This document shows positions 1 through 8,357 of a stretch of 27,653 bases of DNA, piece by piece. Source of the stretch: Prevotella sp. Lineage in GTDB: Bacteria; Bacteroidota; Bacteroidia; Bacteroidales; Dysgonomonadaceae. The notes beneath the pieces are model-generated. The model searched no databases. It saw nothing but the letters and a program-made list of their open reading frames with translations, and had not been told where the DNA came from. A program made the position numbers and the translations under genes. The stretch's first letter is position 1. The number at the start of each line of letters is the position of its first letter. Location: assembly GCA_031285625.1 (NCBI GenBank), contig JAITVV010000088.1:1-27653 (forward strand). Reading direction: 5' to 3'.

Positions 1-134
1 CTAAACAGGACATTTATGAAATCGGCTCCGCCCATGGCTCCGCCGGGATGACCCGACTTGGCACGCTCAACCATAGAAGCTGACAAAATACGAATGTTGT
101 CTGAACTTCTACTAAGTAAGGATAATTCTGTCAT
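1..134 (-). CDS. tkt: Transketolase, N-terminal fragment (runs off left edge)
   Basis: Own translation from ATG at 134: MTELSLLSRSSDNIRILSASMVERAKSGHPGGAMGGADFINVLF; contains the transketolase N-terminal SGHPG motif. Not in ORF track. Confidence 0.93.
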   Translation of the reverse strand, partial: MTELSLLSRSSDNIRILSASMVERAKSGHPGGAMGGADFINVLF

Positions 135-169
135 GATATATTTTAATTGTTATGTTTAGTTATCTTTTA

Positions 170-177
170 CAAAAGTA
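170..177 (-). promoter_or_regulatory. Bacteroidetes housekeeping promoter -7 element for tkt
   Basis: Minus strand TACTTTTG matches TAnnTTTG, 35 nt upstream of the start. Confidence 0.6.
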
Positions 178-361
178 GGAAATTAGCTGGTATTTAAAAA
201 TAAAATATAGGCCAATATATAAAGATAAAAGATTGAATTTTATGATTAATCAAAAGGATTACAAATGTTTATATTGTATTTTGTTACAATAAGTTTTTTA
301 TTGGAATTTATTGATAATTATCTTATAATCAAAGTTTTAAATATAATATACAAAATCTTTA

Positions 362-1564
362 TTAATCATCTGTATTGCCTATATTTACAGCAAGCCCTCC
401 TAAAGACGTTTCTTTGTAAAGACTAGGTAAATCATGTCCTGTTTGTTGCATTGTACGCACTACTTTGTCAAAGTTAATAAGGTGCTTGCCATCAGATAGC
501 ATTGCAAATGAACAAGAGTCTAAAGCTCTGGCTGCGGCAAAAGCATTCCTTTCGATACAAGGTATCTGAACCAATCCGCAAATAGGGTCACAAGTTAATC
601 CTAAGTGGTGTTCAAGACCCATTTCGGCTGCATACTCTATTTGTTGGGGTGAACCTCCAAATAGCTGACATGCTGCTCCTGCAGCCATTGCACATGCTAC
701 ACCGACTTCACCCTGACAACCCACTTCCGCTCCTGATACCGAGGCATTTGTTTTAACTATATTACCAATCAGTCCCGCAGTTGCAAGTGCCCGTGCTATT
801 TTTTGATCGCTAAAGTTATGATTTACATTCAGGTGATATAATACTGAAGGCAGAGTCCCACTTGATCCGCAAGTAGGTGCCGTAACTATTATATTCCCGC
901 TGGCATTTTCTTCTGATACAGCTAATGCATATGAATATATTAAGGCACGGCTTTTCATAGATCCCTGATAGCCTTTTGCTTTAATACTATACATCGAAGC
1001 TTTACGTTGTAGTCCGAGTCCTCCTGGTAGCAACCCTTCCGCATCTATACCTCTATGAATAGCAGCTTCCATCGTTTTCCATACTTCCAGTAAATAATCA
1101 TATATTTCTTTACCTTCTGTATCTTCCACATATTCCCAGAATGTTTTACCTGTTCGCTGGCACCATTCGAGGATGTCTTTCATCGTATTTTTATCATACA
1201 ATGTTTGCTTGTCTACTTTGCTTTTCCCATCAGACAGATCACCTCCTCCTATACTATATACAATCCATTCTTTCACAGATTCGTCTTTTACTATAGCTTC
1301 GAATTTCATTCCATTGGTGTGAAAGGGGAGTACTGTTTCCGGCTCCCATACAATTTTGGTAGGGTAGGGCAATAATGTGTTTATGATAGCAACATCTGTC
1401 ATATGCCCTTTACCAGTAGCAGCCAGGCTGCCATATAATGTTACCCTGAATGAAGTTGCATATTCATTTTCATTCTTAAACATTTGTGCCGCTTTTTGCG
1501 GGGCCATTGTATGGCTACTAGAAGGTCCATGACCGATTTTGTACAAATTGCGAATAGATTCCAT
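362..1564 (-). CDS. sdaA: L-serine ammonia-lyase (Fe-S dependent, fused beta/alpha)
   Basis: GPSSSHT, LYGSLAATGKGH, SIGGG, APTCGS, GAEVGCQGEVG, GLTCDP and QIPCIERN motifs. Confidence 0.96.
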   Translation of the reverse strand: MESIRNLYKIGHGPSSSHTMAPQKAAQMFKNENEYATSFRVTLYGSLAATGKGHMTDVAIINTLLPYPTKIVWEPETVLPFHTNGMKFEAIVKDESVKEWIVYSIGGGDLSDGKSKVDKQTLYDKNTMKDILEWCQRTGKTFWEYVEDTEGKEIYDYLLEVWKTMEAAIHRGIDAEGLLPGGLGLQRKASMYSIKAKGYQGSMKSRALIYSYALAVSEENASGNIIVTAPTCGSSGTLPSVLYHLNVNHNFSDQKIARALATAGLIGNIVKTNASVSGAEVGCQGEVGVACAMAAGAACQLFGGSPQQIEYAAEMGLEHHLGLTCDPICGLVQIPCIERNAFAAARALDSCSFAMLSDGKHLINFDKVVRTMQQTGHDLPSLYKETSLGGLAVNIGNTDD

Positions 1565-1622
1565 AGATATGTTTTTAGCTATAACACTTCTTTTATCTTT
1601 GTGTTCATATTTGATCAGAACA

Positions 1623-1630
1623 CAAAAGTA
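1623..1630 (-). promoter_or_regulatory. -7 promoter element for sdaA
   Basis: Minus strand TACTTTTG (TAnnTTTG) about 58 nt upstream of the start. Confidence 0.55.
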
Positions 1631-1971
1631 GCAATATTAAATATTGTTAATCCTATAAAAAATGGAATTAAGATATTTTACAGATATTCGTATTTTTATA
1701 TATGCTTTCAAAGCGTAAGTTTATTCTATCTTTTTCTTTATTTTTTGATATATGTTTCTTAATAAGAAAAGGTAATAGATTGATAATCTGATAATAGTTT
1801 TACGACAGTTTTGACGACGAAAGCAAAAAGACATAAAACGGATAGAATTGATGTACAAGATGCTATAAAAAGAAATGACTTTTTTGCATAAAAATATATG
1901 TTATACAACACGTTTTTTTATGAATGACAGCTGAAAAGAGATAAGTATTTTTACACCGTTTTATACAATAA

Positions 1972-2091
1972 CAATCTTCACTTAACCTAAACAACCATGA
2001 ATTTTGGATACTAACCATATCCAAAGAGAGTCAAGGGGTAATTGAGTTTTGTGTAATTTAATTACCCTTTGAATTCTCAGAGTGAAGATTG
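1972..2091 (+). ncRNA. Candidate structured leader RNA (three-way junction) upstream of sugar permease
   Basis: P1 1972-1982/2081-2091 (11 perfect bp), P2 2003-2010/2018-2025 (8 bp), P3 2026-2048/2055-2078 (23 bp, 4 G-U, one bulged A); all non-Watson-Crick pairs are G-U on the + strand. Confidence 0.55.
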
Positions 2092-2146
2092 GCCCAAATG
2101 ATATAAATTAATAATACTATAAAACAATCTAATGTAAAAATTAATC

Positions 2147-3436
2147 ATGAGTAGTACAGAAAAAAAGAATTATTTGTTACCGATTATTGTGATGATCCTT
2201 CTGTTTGGGATGATCTCATTTGTAACAAATCTGGCAGCGCCGATGGGTGTTGTACTGAAAAACCAATTTGGAGCTAGCAATGCAGAGGGAATGCTTGGTG
2301 TGCTTGCCAACTTTATCGCTTATGCGTTTATGGGTATTCCAGCTGGTATCTTATTAAAGAAAATTGGTTATAAAAAGACAGCTTTGATAGCTATCGTTGT
2401 TGGTTTTGTCGGCGTCGGCATCCAATATTTATCTGGTGGTGCCGGAAGCTTTGCTATATACCTGGTTGGTGCATTTGTTGCCGGTTTTTCAATGTGTATG
2501 CTGAATACTGTTGTTAATCCGATGCTAAATACCCTTGGTGGTGGTGGTAACAAAGGTGGTGCACTAATACAAACAGGAGGAACATTTAACTCTCTTTGTG
2601 GTACTTTAGTGCCTGTATTAGTCGGAATATTCGTTGCCGATGTAACGAAAGCTAATATAACAGATGTATATCCGGTAATGTATATCGCTTTGGCTATTTT
2701 TGCTTTTGCTTTTATTATTCTGTCATTAGTTAAGATTCCAGAGCCTCATATGGAAGTTAAGAAAGCAGTAGATGGGGTTAAAGACAAATATAGTGCATTA
2801 TCTTTCCGTCACTTTATATTGGGAGCAATAGGTATCTTTGTATATGTTGGTGTAGAAGTAGGTGTGCCGGGAACTTTAAATTTGTTCCTTGCGGATAAAT
2901 CAATCGCAGGTCTTGATGCTACATCTGCAGGTTTCGTTACAGGTACATACTGGTTCCTGATGCTGATAGGTCGATTCATAGGAGCTTCTATCGGAGGTAA
3001 GGTGTCTAGTAAGTCTATGTTGACAGTTGCTTCAGGCCTTGGTCTTGTATTGGTATTGCTTGCTATATTCCTGCCTATTACAATGAAGGTATCTATGCCT
3101 GTATTCCAAAGCATAAACGGAAGTCTTTCATTTGGTATGATGGAAGTGCCTATCAATGCGATGTTCCTCGTATTATGCGGACTTTGTACATCTGTAATGT
3201 GGGGTGGTATCTTTAACCTTGCTGTAGAAGGACTTGGTAAATATGTAACAACAGCATCCGGTATCTTTATGACTCTGGTTTGTGGTGGAGGTATATTGCC
3301 ACTTCTACAAAACTTTATTGCTGACAATGTAGGTTATATGGCCAGCTACTGGGTAGTATTTGTAGGACTGGCTTACCTGTTATATTATGCTGCTGTAGGT
3401 AGTAAAAATGTAAATAAAGATATTCCTGTAGAATAA
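2147..3436 (+). CDS. MFS sugar permease, FucP/GluP (fucose/glucose/galactose:H+ symporter) family
   Basis: About 12 hydrophobic helices; FIAYAFMGIPAG..KKIGYK, VVNP, FVYVGVEV and LIGRFIG motifs typical of the FHS family. Confidence 0.9.
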   Translation: MSSTEKKNYLLPIIVMILLFGMISFVTNLAAPMGVVLKNQFGASNAEGMLGVLANFIAYAFMGIPAGILLKKIGYKKTALIAIVVGFVGVGIQYLSGGAGSFAIYLVGAFVAGFSMCMLNTVVNPMLNTLGGGGNKGGALIQTGGTFNSLCGTLVPVLVGIFVADVTKANITDVYPVMYIALAIFAFAFIILSLVKIPEPHMEVKKAVDGVKDKYSALSFRHFILGAIGIFVYVGVEVGVPGTLNLFLADKSIAGLDATSAGFVTGTYWFLMLIGRFIGASIGGKVSSKSMLTVASGLGLVLVLLAIFLPITMKVSMPVFQSINGSLSFGMMEVPINAMFLVLCGLCTSVMWGGIFNLAVEGLGKYVTTASGIFMTLVCGGGILPLLQNFIADNVGYMASYWVVFVGLAYLLYYAAVGSKNVNKDIPVE

Positions 3437-3457
3437 AATACGGATATAATAATATAG

Positions 3458-3489
3458 AAGCCTGCTGATTTTTTAGCAGGCTTTTTTTT
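3458..3489 (+). terminator. Intrinsic terminator after sugar permease
   Basis: AAGCCTGCT-loop-AGCAGGCTT followed by a T run. Confidence 0.85.
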
Positions 3490-3575
3490 ATGATTTGAAC
3501 TCTGAAATTAATTGCATTTTAAAATATTTCATAGAGAACTTTTATCAATTAATAGATACAGTGAATTAAATTGTT

Positions 3576-3583
3576 TATATTTG
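3576..3583 (+). promoter_or_regulatory. -7 promoter element for the DUF4494 gene
   Basis: TATATTTG 37 nt upstream of ATG 3621. Confidence 0.6.
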
Positions 3584-3620
3584 TATTTGTAAAATATAGA
3601 TTAAAACAATAAGATATTAT

Positions 3621-4076
3621 ATGCATAATTGGTTTGAATGCAAAGTTAGTTACGAGAAGACTCTCGAAAACGGAATGCAAAAAAAGGTTACAGAACCTTA
3701 TTTAGTAGATGCTTTATCATTTACAGAAGCAGAGGCACGAATTATTGAAGAGATTAAACCTTATATATCAGGTGAGTTTACTATTACCGATATTAAGAGA
3801 GCTAAACTCTCAGAACTATTTTTTAATGATAATGGTGATCGTTTTTTCAAGGCAAAGGTAATGTTTATCAGCCTCGACGAAAAGAGTGGCACAGAGAAAA
3901 AAACAGCAGTGCAAATGCTTGCACAAGCTTCAGATATCAAAGAAGCCCTGAAAGTTGTAGAAAAAGGAATGGAAGGTACATTGGCTGATTATTCCGTGGC
4001 TTCATTGACTGAAACTACAATAATGGATGTATTTCCATATTCAGAAGATGCTAAGAAAAAGATCATATTAACTTAA
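3621..4076 (+). CDS. DUF4494 family protein
   Basis: WFECKVSYEK..ENG.QKKVTE.YLVDALSFTEAEARIIEE signature of this Bacteroidetes family. Confidence 0.88.
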   Translation: MHNWFECKVSYEKTLENGMQKKVTEPYLVDALSFTEAEARIIEEIKPYISGEFTITDIKRAKLSELFFNDNGDRFFKAKVMFISLDEKSGTEKKTAVQMLAQASDIKEALKVVEKGMEGTLADYSVASLTETTIMDVFPYSEDAKKKIILT

Positions 4077-4123
4077 TAAAGTAATAATAAATATTTATAG
4101 GTACTTTGCATCTATAATATAAA

Positions 4124-4792
4124 ATGAGTATTTCGGACAATTTACATACAATAAAAGATAATCTGCCCAATAATGTAAAATTAATTGCAGTATCCAAGTT
4201 CCATTCTGTGGAAGCTATACAAGAAGCATATAGTATAGGTCAGAGGCTTTTCGGAGAAAGCAGAATGCAGGAAATAGATCAAAAGTATTCTCTACTGCCA
4301 AATGATATACAATGGCATTTTATAGGGCATTTACAAACAAATAAAGTAAAGGTGATTGTACCATATACACATACAATACATAGTGTGGATAGCCTTAAAT
4401 TATTGCAAGAGATAGAAAAGCAAGCCGCCGTCATAGGAAAACAGATTTGTTGCTTACTTGAAATACATATTGCAAGAGAAGAAGCAAAATACGGCCTTTC
4501 TTTTGATGAATGTAGAAAACTCTTACAAGATGGACTACATAATGACTTGAAGTATGCATATATAGGAGGTGTAATGGGGATGGCTACTTTTACAGAGGAT
4601 GAAAGTCAGATAAGAAAAGAGTTTAAAAGTCTGAAATCTTTCTATGATGAGCTAAAGAAAGACTATTTCCCGGAGAATGATCTTTTTTCTGAAATATCGA
4701 TGGGAATGTCTGACGATTATACAATTGCAATAGAAGAAGGTTCTACAATGATCAGAGTAGGATCATCCATATTTGGACAACGCGAATACTAA
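4124..4792 (+). CDS. yggS: YggS family pyridoxal-phosphate homeostasis protein
   Basis: LIAVSK, FGES, WHFIGHLQTNKVK, ISMGMSDDY and GSTMIRVGS.IFG motifs. Confidence 0.96.
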   Translation: MSISDNLHTIKDNLPNNVKLIAVSKFHSVEAIQEAYSIGQRLFGESRMQEIDQKYSLLPNDIQWHFIGHLQTNKVKVIVPYTHTIHSVDSLKLLQEIEKQAAVIGKQICCLLEIHIAREEAKYGLSFDECRKLLQDGLHNDLKYAYIGGVMGMATFTEDESQIRKEFKSLKSFYDELKKDYFPENDLFSEISMGMSDDYTIAIEEGSTMIRVGSSIFGQREY

Positions 4793-4808
4793 CTAAATAC
4801 AGTAAAAT

Positions 4809-5750
4809 ATGAACATACAACAACTGGAATATATTATAGCAGTGGACAACAATCGCCACTTTGCTAAAGCGGCCGAGGCTTCATTTGTCACGCAGCCTAC
4901 CCTGAGTATGATGATCCAGAAATTGGAGGATGAGTTAGGCGTGAAAATATTTGATCGTAGCCAACTACCTGTTCAACCAACTGTGATAGGTGTTCAAATA
5001 ATTAATCAGGCACGTGTTATTGTTTCGCAGGTTAAACAAATTAAAGAGATCATACAAGAAGAAAAGGGCATTGTACAAGGCGTTTTCAAATTAGGTATAA
5101 TACCAACTATTGCACCTTATTTGTTACCTAAGTTGATGAAAATACACGATGAGAACGGGTATGATATTGTTCTGGTAATTGAAGAAACAACAACCGGACA
5201 AATTATAGAAAAATTGCTGAACGGTGCGCTGGATGGAGCTATATTGGCTACTCCATTAAAGAACGATAAAATATCAGAACATCCTATCTATTATGAACGT
5301 TTCTATGCATATGTATCTCCGAGAGAAACATCGCTGTATGCAAAGAAAGAACTGGAGGAAGATGATTTGAATATAAACCGTTTGTGGTTATTAGAAGAAG
5401 TACATTGTTTCAGAGGACAAATATTGCGTATCTGTAATATGCGTAAACGTAAGAGTTCTCATTCTCTGTTCTCATACGAGGCCGGAAGTATCAATACATT
5501 GATAAATATAGTAGATAATAACAGCGGGCTTACTATTATTCCGGAAATGGCCATAGATGAGCTAAACGAACAGCAAAAAAGAAATGTACGTCCATTGAAA
5601 GGGATATCTCCGGTACGTGAGATAAGCCTTGTTACCCGTCGTGAATTTTTACGTGAAAGGGTATTGGATATCATCATAACCGAGGTAAAACAGGCAGTAC
5701 CTAAAACCTTATTAAATGCTGATTTGAAGAAATTTATAGTTGATATCTAA
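4809..5750 (+). CDS. oxyR: OxyR-type LysR transcriptional regulator (H2O2 sensor)
   Basis: LysR HTH (HFAKAAE..FVTQPTLS), GIIPTIAPYLLP, LLEEVHCFRGQILRIC with both redox cysteines (C200, C209), P.REI. Confidence 0.85.
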   Translation: MNIQQLEYIIAVDNNRHFAKAAEASFVTQPTLSMMIQKLEDELGVKIFDRSQLPVQPTVIGVQIINQARVIVSQVKQIKEIIQEEKGIVQGVFKLGIIPTIAPYLLPKLMKIHDENGYDIVLVIEETTTGQIIEKLLNGALDGAILATPLKNDKISEHPIYYERFYAYVSPRETSLYAKKELEEDDLNINRLWLLEEVHCFRGQILRICNMRKRKSSHSLFSYEAGSINTLINIVDNNSGLTIIPEMAIDELNEQQKRNVRPLKGISPVREISLVTRREFLRERVLDIIITEVKQAVPKTLLNADLKKFIVDI

Positions 5751-5771
5751 ATATTTCTGTAAAAGATATTT

Positions 5772-5804
5772 AAAAGTTCTAATATTATATATTAGAACTT
5801 TTTT
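5772..5804 (+). terminator. Probable intrinsic terminator after oxyR
   Basis: AAAAGTTCTAATA-ttata-TATTAGAACTTTT plus T tail; AT-rich stem. Confidence 0.65.
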
Positions 5805-5807
5805 CTT

Positions 5808-5815
5808 TATATTTG
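5808..5815 (+). promoter_or_regulatory. -7 promoter element for the 219-aa secreted protein
   Basis: TATATTTG 26 nt upstream of ATG 5842. Confidence 0.55.
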
Positions 5816-5841
5816 AGTATTAAAACCAACCTTACAGAATC

Positions 5842-6501
5842 ATGAAAAATAAATATTACTTCCTGTTACTGTTTATTCTTACTTCAACCACTGTATTTGC
5901 CCAGCAAATAGAAACAAAATTTATATTTGATGAATTCAAACAGGGTAAATTGGTAAATAAAAGAGGGGATACATATCAAGCTTTATTCAATTATGATATT
6001 ATTAATCAGCGATTGATGTTTATATCAGCAGCAGATAGTACTATATTAGAAATTGCAGAACCAAACGAGGTGTCTTATATTAATATTGACGGGCGCATTT
6101 TTGAACATATAAAAGGAACATCTTTCTATGAAAGAATGAATATCGGAGATTGTGTATTTTATATCCAATGGGAGGCTAAATACATGTCAAAAGGTAAGAA
6201 AGGAGCTTATGGTACTACATCTCATACATCTGCAGTTGGTAGTATCGGTATGATAGAGAATCAAGGAGGGCAATTTTTGAAATTGACTACAGCTGAAGAT
6301 TTTGAAGTAAAGTCTGAGAATCTTTATTACCTTAAAATGAAAAATAACCTGAAACGCTTCTATTCTGCAGATTCTCTTGCAAAGTTATTTAAGGGGCATG
6401 AAGAAGATATAAAAGAGTATGTGAAAAAGAATAATCTTGATTTCAATAATCTTGAGAATATAAAAGCTGTTGTAGAATATTGTTCGCAGTATCTAAAATA
6501 A
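5842..6501 (+). CDS. Secreted hypothetical protein (Bacteroidetes type)
   Basis: 219-aa ORF; SPI signal peptide ending VFA|Q (Gln at +1 is typical of Bacteroidetes). Confidence 0.8.
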   Translation: MKNKYYFLLLFILTSTTVFAQQIETKFIFDEFKQGKLVNKRGDTYQALFNYDIINQRLMFISAADSTILEIAEPNEVSYINIDGRIFEHIKGTSFYERMNIGDCVFYIQWEAKYMSKGKKGAYGTTSHTSAVGSIGMIENQGGQFLKLTTAEDFEVKSENLYYLKMKNNLKRFYSADSLAKLFKGHEEDIKEYVKKNNLDFNNLENIKAVVEYCSQYLK

Positions 6502-6539
6502 TAGATTGATGTAATTTATTGTTATTTACAAAAAATGTA

Positions 6540-6549
6540 TATATTTGCA
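6540..6549 (+). promoter_or_regulatory. tRNA promoter -7 element
   Basis: TATATTTGCA, 14 nt before the tRNA 5' end. Confidence 0.75.
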
Positions 6550-6563
6550 TCGTCTTTATAAAT

Positions 6564-6637
6564 GGGGAATTAGCTCATCTGGCTAGAGCGCAACGCTGGC
6601 AGTGTTGAGGTGATCGGTTCGAGTCCGATATTCTCCA
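6564..6637 (+). tRNA. tRNA-Ala (anticodon GGC), CCA not encoded
   Basis: Acceptor GGGGAAT/ATTCTCC with G3:U70, discriminator A; D-arm GCTC/GAGC; anticodon arm CAACG-CTGGCAG-TGTTG; T-loop GGTTCGAGTCC. Confidence 0.96.
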
Positions 6638-6645
6638 CAGAAATT

Positions 6646-6682
6646 AATCCTCAGGCAGAAATGTCTGGGGATTTATTATTTC
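6646..6682 (+). terminator. Hairpin/terminator after tRNA-Ala
   Basis: AATCCTCAGGCA-GAAA-TGTCTGGGGATT with GNRA loop, followed by T-rich tail. Confidence 0.7.
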
Positions 6683-6741
6683 ACATGAAAATCCTGTCGA
6701 AATATTTCTGCTATTATTGGTCGGCCGTAAATAAAACGTAT

Positions 6742-6963
6742 CTATTTTCTTTTTCTCAATTTAATCAGAACTATAATTGCAATAATGATACTAATTAAGA
6801 TGTAGATGGTAAAAATTAATAGCCATAGAAGTTTGCTATCTAAATGTCCGTATTCGTCTACAGTCTCATATTTATAACTGACCATACAGTCTATTATTTC
6901 ATATAATACTCTAAATAGTCCCAGAGTAGAAAGGATTAGATATATCCAAAGAGCTATTTTCAT
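6742..6963 (-). CDS. Small membrane protein, two predicted TM helices
   Basis: 73 aa, ATG start, two hydrophobic segments and basic C-terminus KLRKRK; fills an intergenic gap downstream of the MFS gene. Confidence 0.55.
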   Translation of the reverse strand: MKIALWIYLILSTLGLFRVLYEIIDCMVSYKYETVDEYGHLDSKLLWLLIFTIYILISIIIAIIVLIKLRKRK

Positions 6964-7013
6964 CTGCTAAATTATTATATTTTCATAAAGCTAAAAACTT
7001 CTCTAAATCACCA

Positions 7014-8177
7014 TCATTTTTTCCTTAATTCCATCAATTGAAAGATTAGTAGTAAAACAACAAATAGTGCACCCGAGAAAACAACTCCTGGCCAACCATA
7101 GATACTCCAAAGAAGTCCTCCAATGTATGCTCCAAAGGAACCTCCCAGAAAGTAGCATGTCATGTAAACTGTATTCAGGCGATTGGTTGCATCTGCATCT
7201 TTAGCAAAAATAATACTTTGATTAGTAACATGTATAGATTGCAGGCCAACATCCAAAATAAAAATTCCTATTATTAGTCCGATGTAAGTATAACCCATAA
7301 ATCCAAAAAAGAACCATGCGGCTAACATCAATAAGATAGCTACTAAATATAGCGCAACCCGGTTTACTTTATCTGCTATGGAACCAACAAAGGAAGCGCA
7401 TAATGCCCCGCCGATACCTACAATCCCTAATAATCCGGCAGTATCACTCTGTGCCGAAAAAGGAGGTTGTTCTACATGGAAGGTCAATGTAGTCCAAAAT
7501 GCCTGAAAAGAGGCCAGACTTAATGCACCTTTTATAGCTGCTATACGTAGATCAGATCTTTTCTGGACTAATGTCAAAATCGACTTCATTAATGCTTTAT
7601 ATGTACCATTAAAAGTAGGCTTCACATCCGGCAATAAAACAATAATAAATATCCATAAAACAAACATTACCGCTGCTGCTATATAGAAAATCATTCTCCA
7701 TCCCCAATATGCTCCTACATACCCACTTACTACGCGTGATCCTAATATACCTATCAATAGTCCACTCATGACTATCCCTATGTTTTTACTGCGATGTGCA
7801 GGAGCGGATAGTTGCGCAGCTAATGGTACCATCATTTGAGGAACTACCGAACTCAGCCCAATAAGAAAGCCGGATAGTAGCATTATCTCTATACTGGAAC
7901 TGGATGCAAAACATAATAAAGATGCGATAATCAGCACAAAGTCAGCAATAATCAGTTTCTTCTTCTTGAGCATATCGCCTAAAGGGACAATTAGAAAAAG
8001 GCCGAGGGCATACCCTAAAATGGTAATTGTGGCAACTTGGTTTGCTTTACTTTCAGTAATATTCAATTCACGGCTGATATCACCCAGCAAAGGTTGGTTG
8101 TAATAATTATTTGCTACAACAACACAAGCCGAAACAGCCATCAGACATAATACCTTTTTTGATAAACCTTGTTCCAT
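7014..8177 (-). CDS. MFS transporter (arabinose-efflux/YnfM-like, substrate unknown)
   Basis: VANNYYNQPLL, GYALGL..IVPLGD, G.VMSGLLIGIL.SR and RLNTVYM..YFLGG motifs; about 12 TM. Confidence 0.9.
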   Translation of the reverse strand: MEQGLSKKVLCLMAVSACVVVANNYYNQPLLGDISRELNITESKANQVATITILGYALGLFLIVPLGDMLKKKKLIIADFVLIIASLLCFASSSSIEIMLLSGFLIGLSSVVPQMMVPLAAQLSAPAHRSKNIGIVMSGLLIGILGSRVVSGYVGAYWGWRMIFYIAAAVMFVLWIFIIVLLPDVKPTFNGTYKALMKSILTLVQKRSDLRIAAIKGALSLASFQAFWTTLTFHVEQPPFSAQSDTAGLLGIVGIGGALCASFVGSIADKVNRVALYLVAILLMLAAWFFFGFMGYTYIGLIIGIFILDVGLQSIHVTNQSIIFAKDADATNRLNTVYMTCYFLGGSFGAYIGGLLWSIYGWPGVVFSGALFVVLLLIFQLMELRKK

Positions 8178-8357
8178 TTACAAACCTATGTATAACAACT
8201 GATATTGGACAGTTTTATGAATTCTTTATAAAGCTAATAATTCTTTCATAATGAAGGAACAAAACACAATCATATATTGTTAACTACACATAAATACATT
8301 CTGAATTTAAACAGTAACAGTTACCGTATTTTATTACTAAATATTAATTAGATAAAA

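Noticed and set aside
1484-1762. 92-aa + strand ORF overlapping the sdaA start
   Set aside because: TTG start, antisense to sdaA, AT-rich F/Y/I-biased sequence typical of a spurious intergenic frame
1755-1818. Short palindrome TTTCTTAATAAGAAA and imperfect tandem repeats (TGATAAT x2, AGTTTT(G)ACGAC x2)
   Set aside because: Short and AT-rich, with no supporting context; compatible with chance
1972-2091. Invertible promoter or MITE reading of the 11-bp inverted repeat
   Set aside because: No promoter consensus inside in either orientation, no recombinase or target-site duplication, and the strand-specific G-U pairing favours an RNA; read-orientation data would settle it
6595-6601. Unusual C32-G38 pair in the tRNA anticodon loop
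   Set aside because: A complementary 32-38 pair (A-U or C-G) is an established feature of bacterial tRNA-Ala(GGC)
6610-6798. 62-aa ORF MIGSSPIFST...
   Set aside because: Starts inside the tRNA and runs through its terminator hairpin
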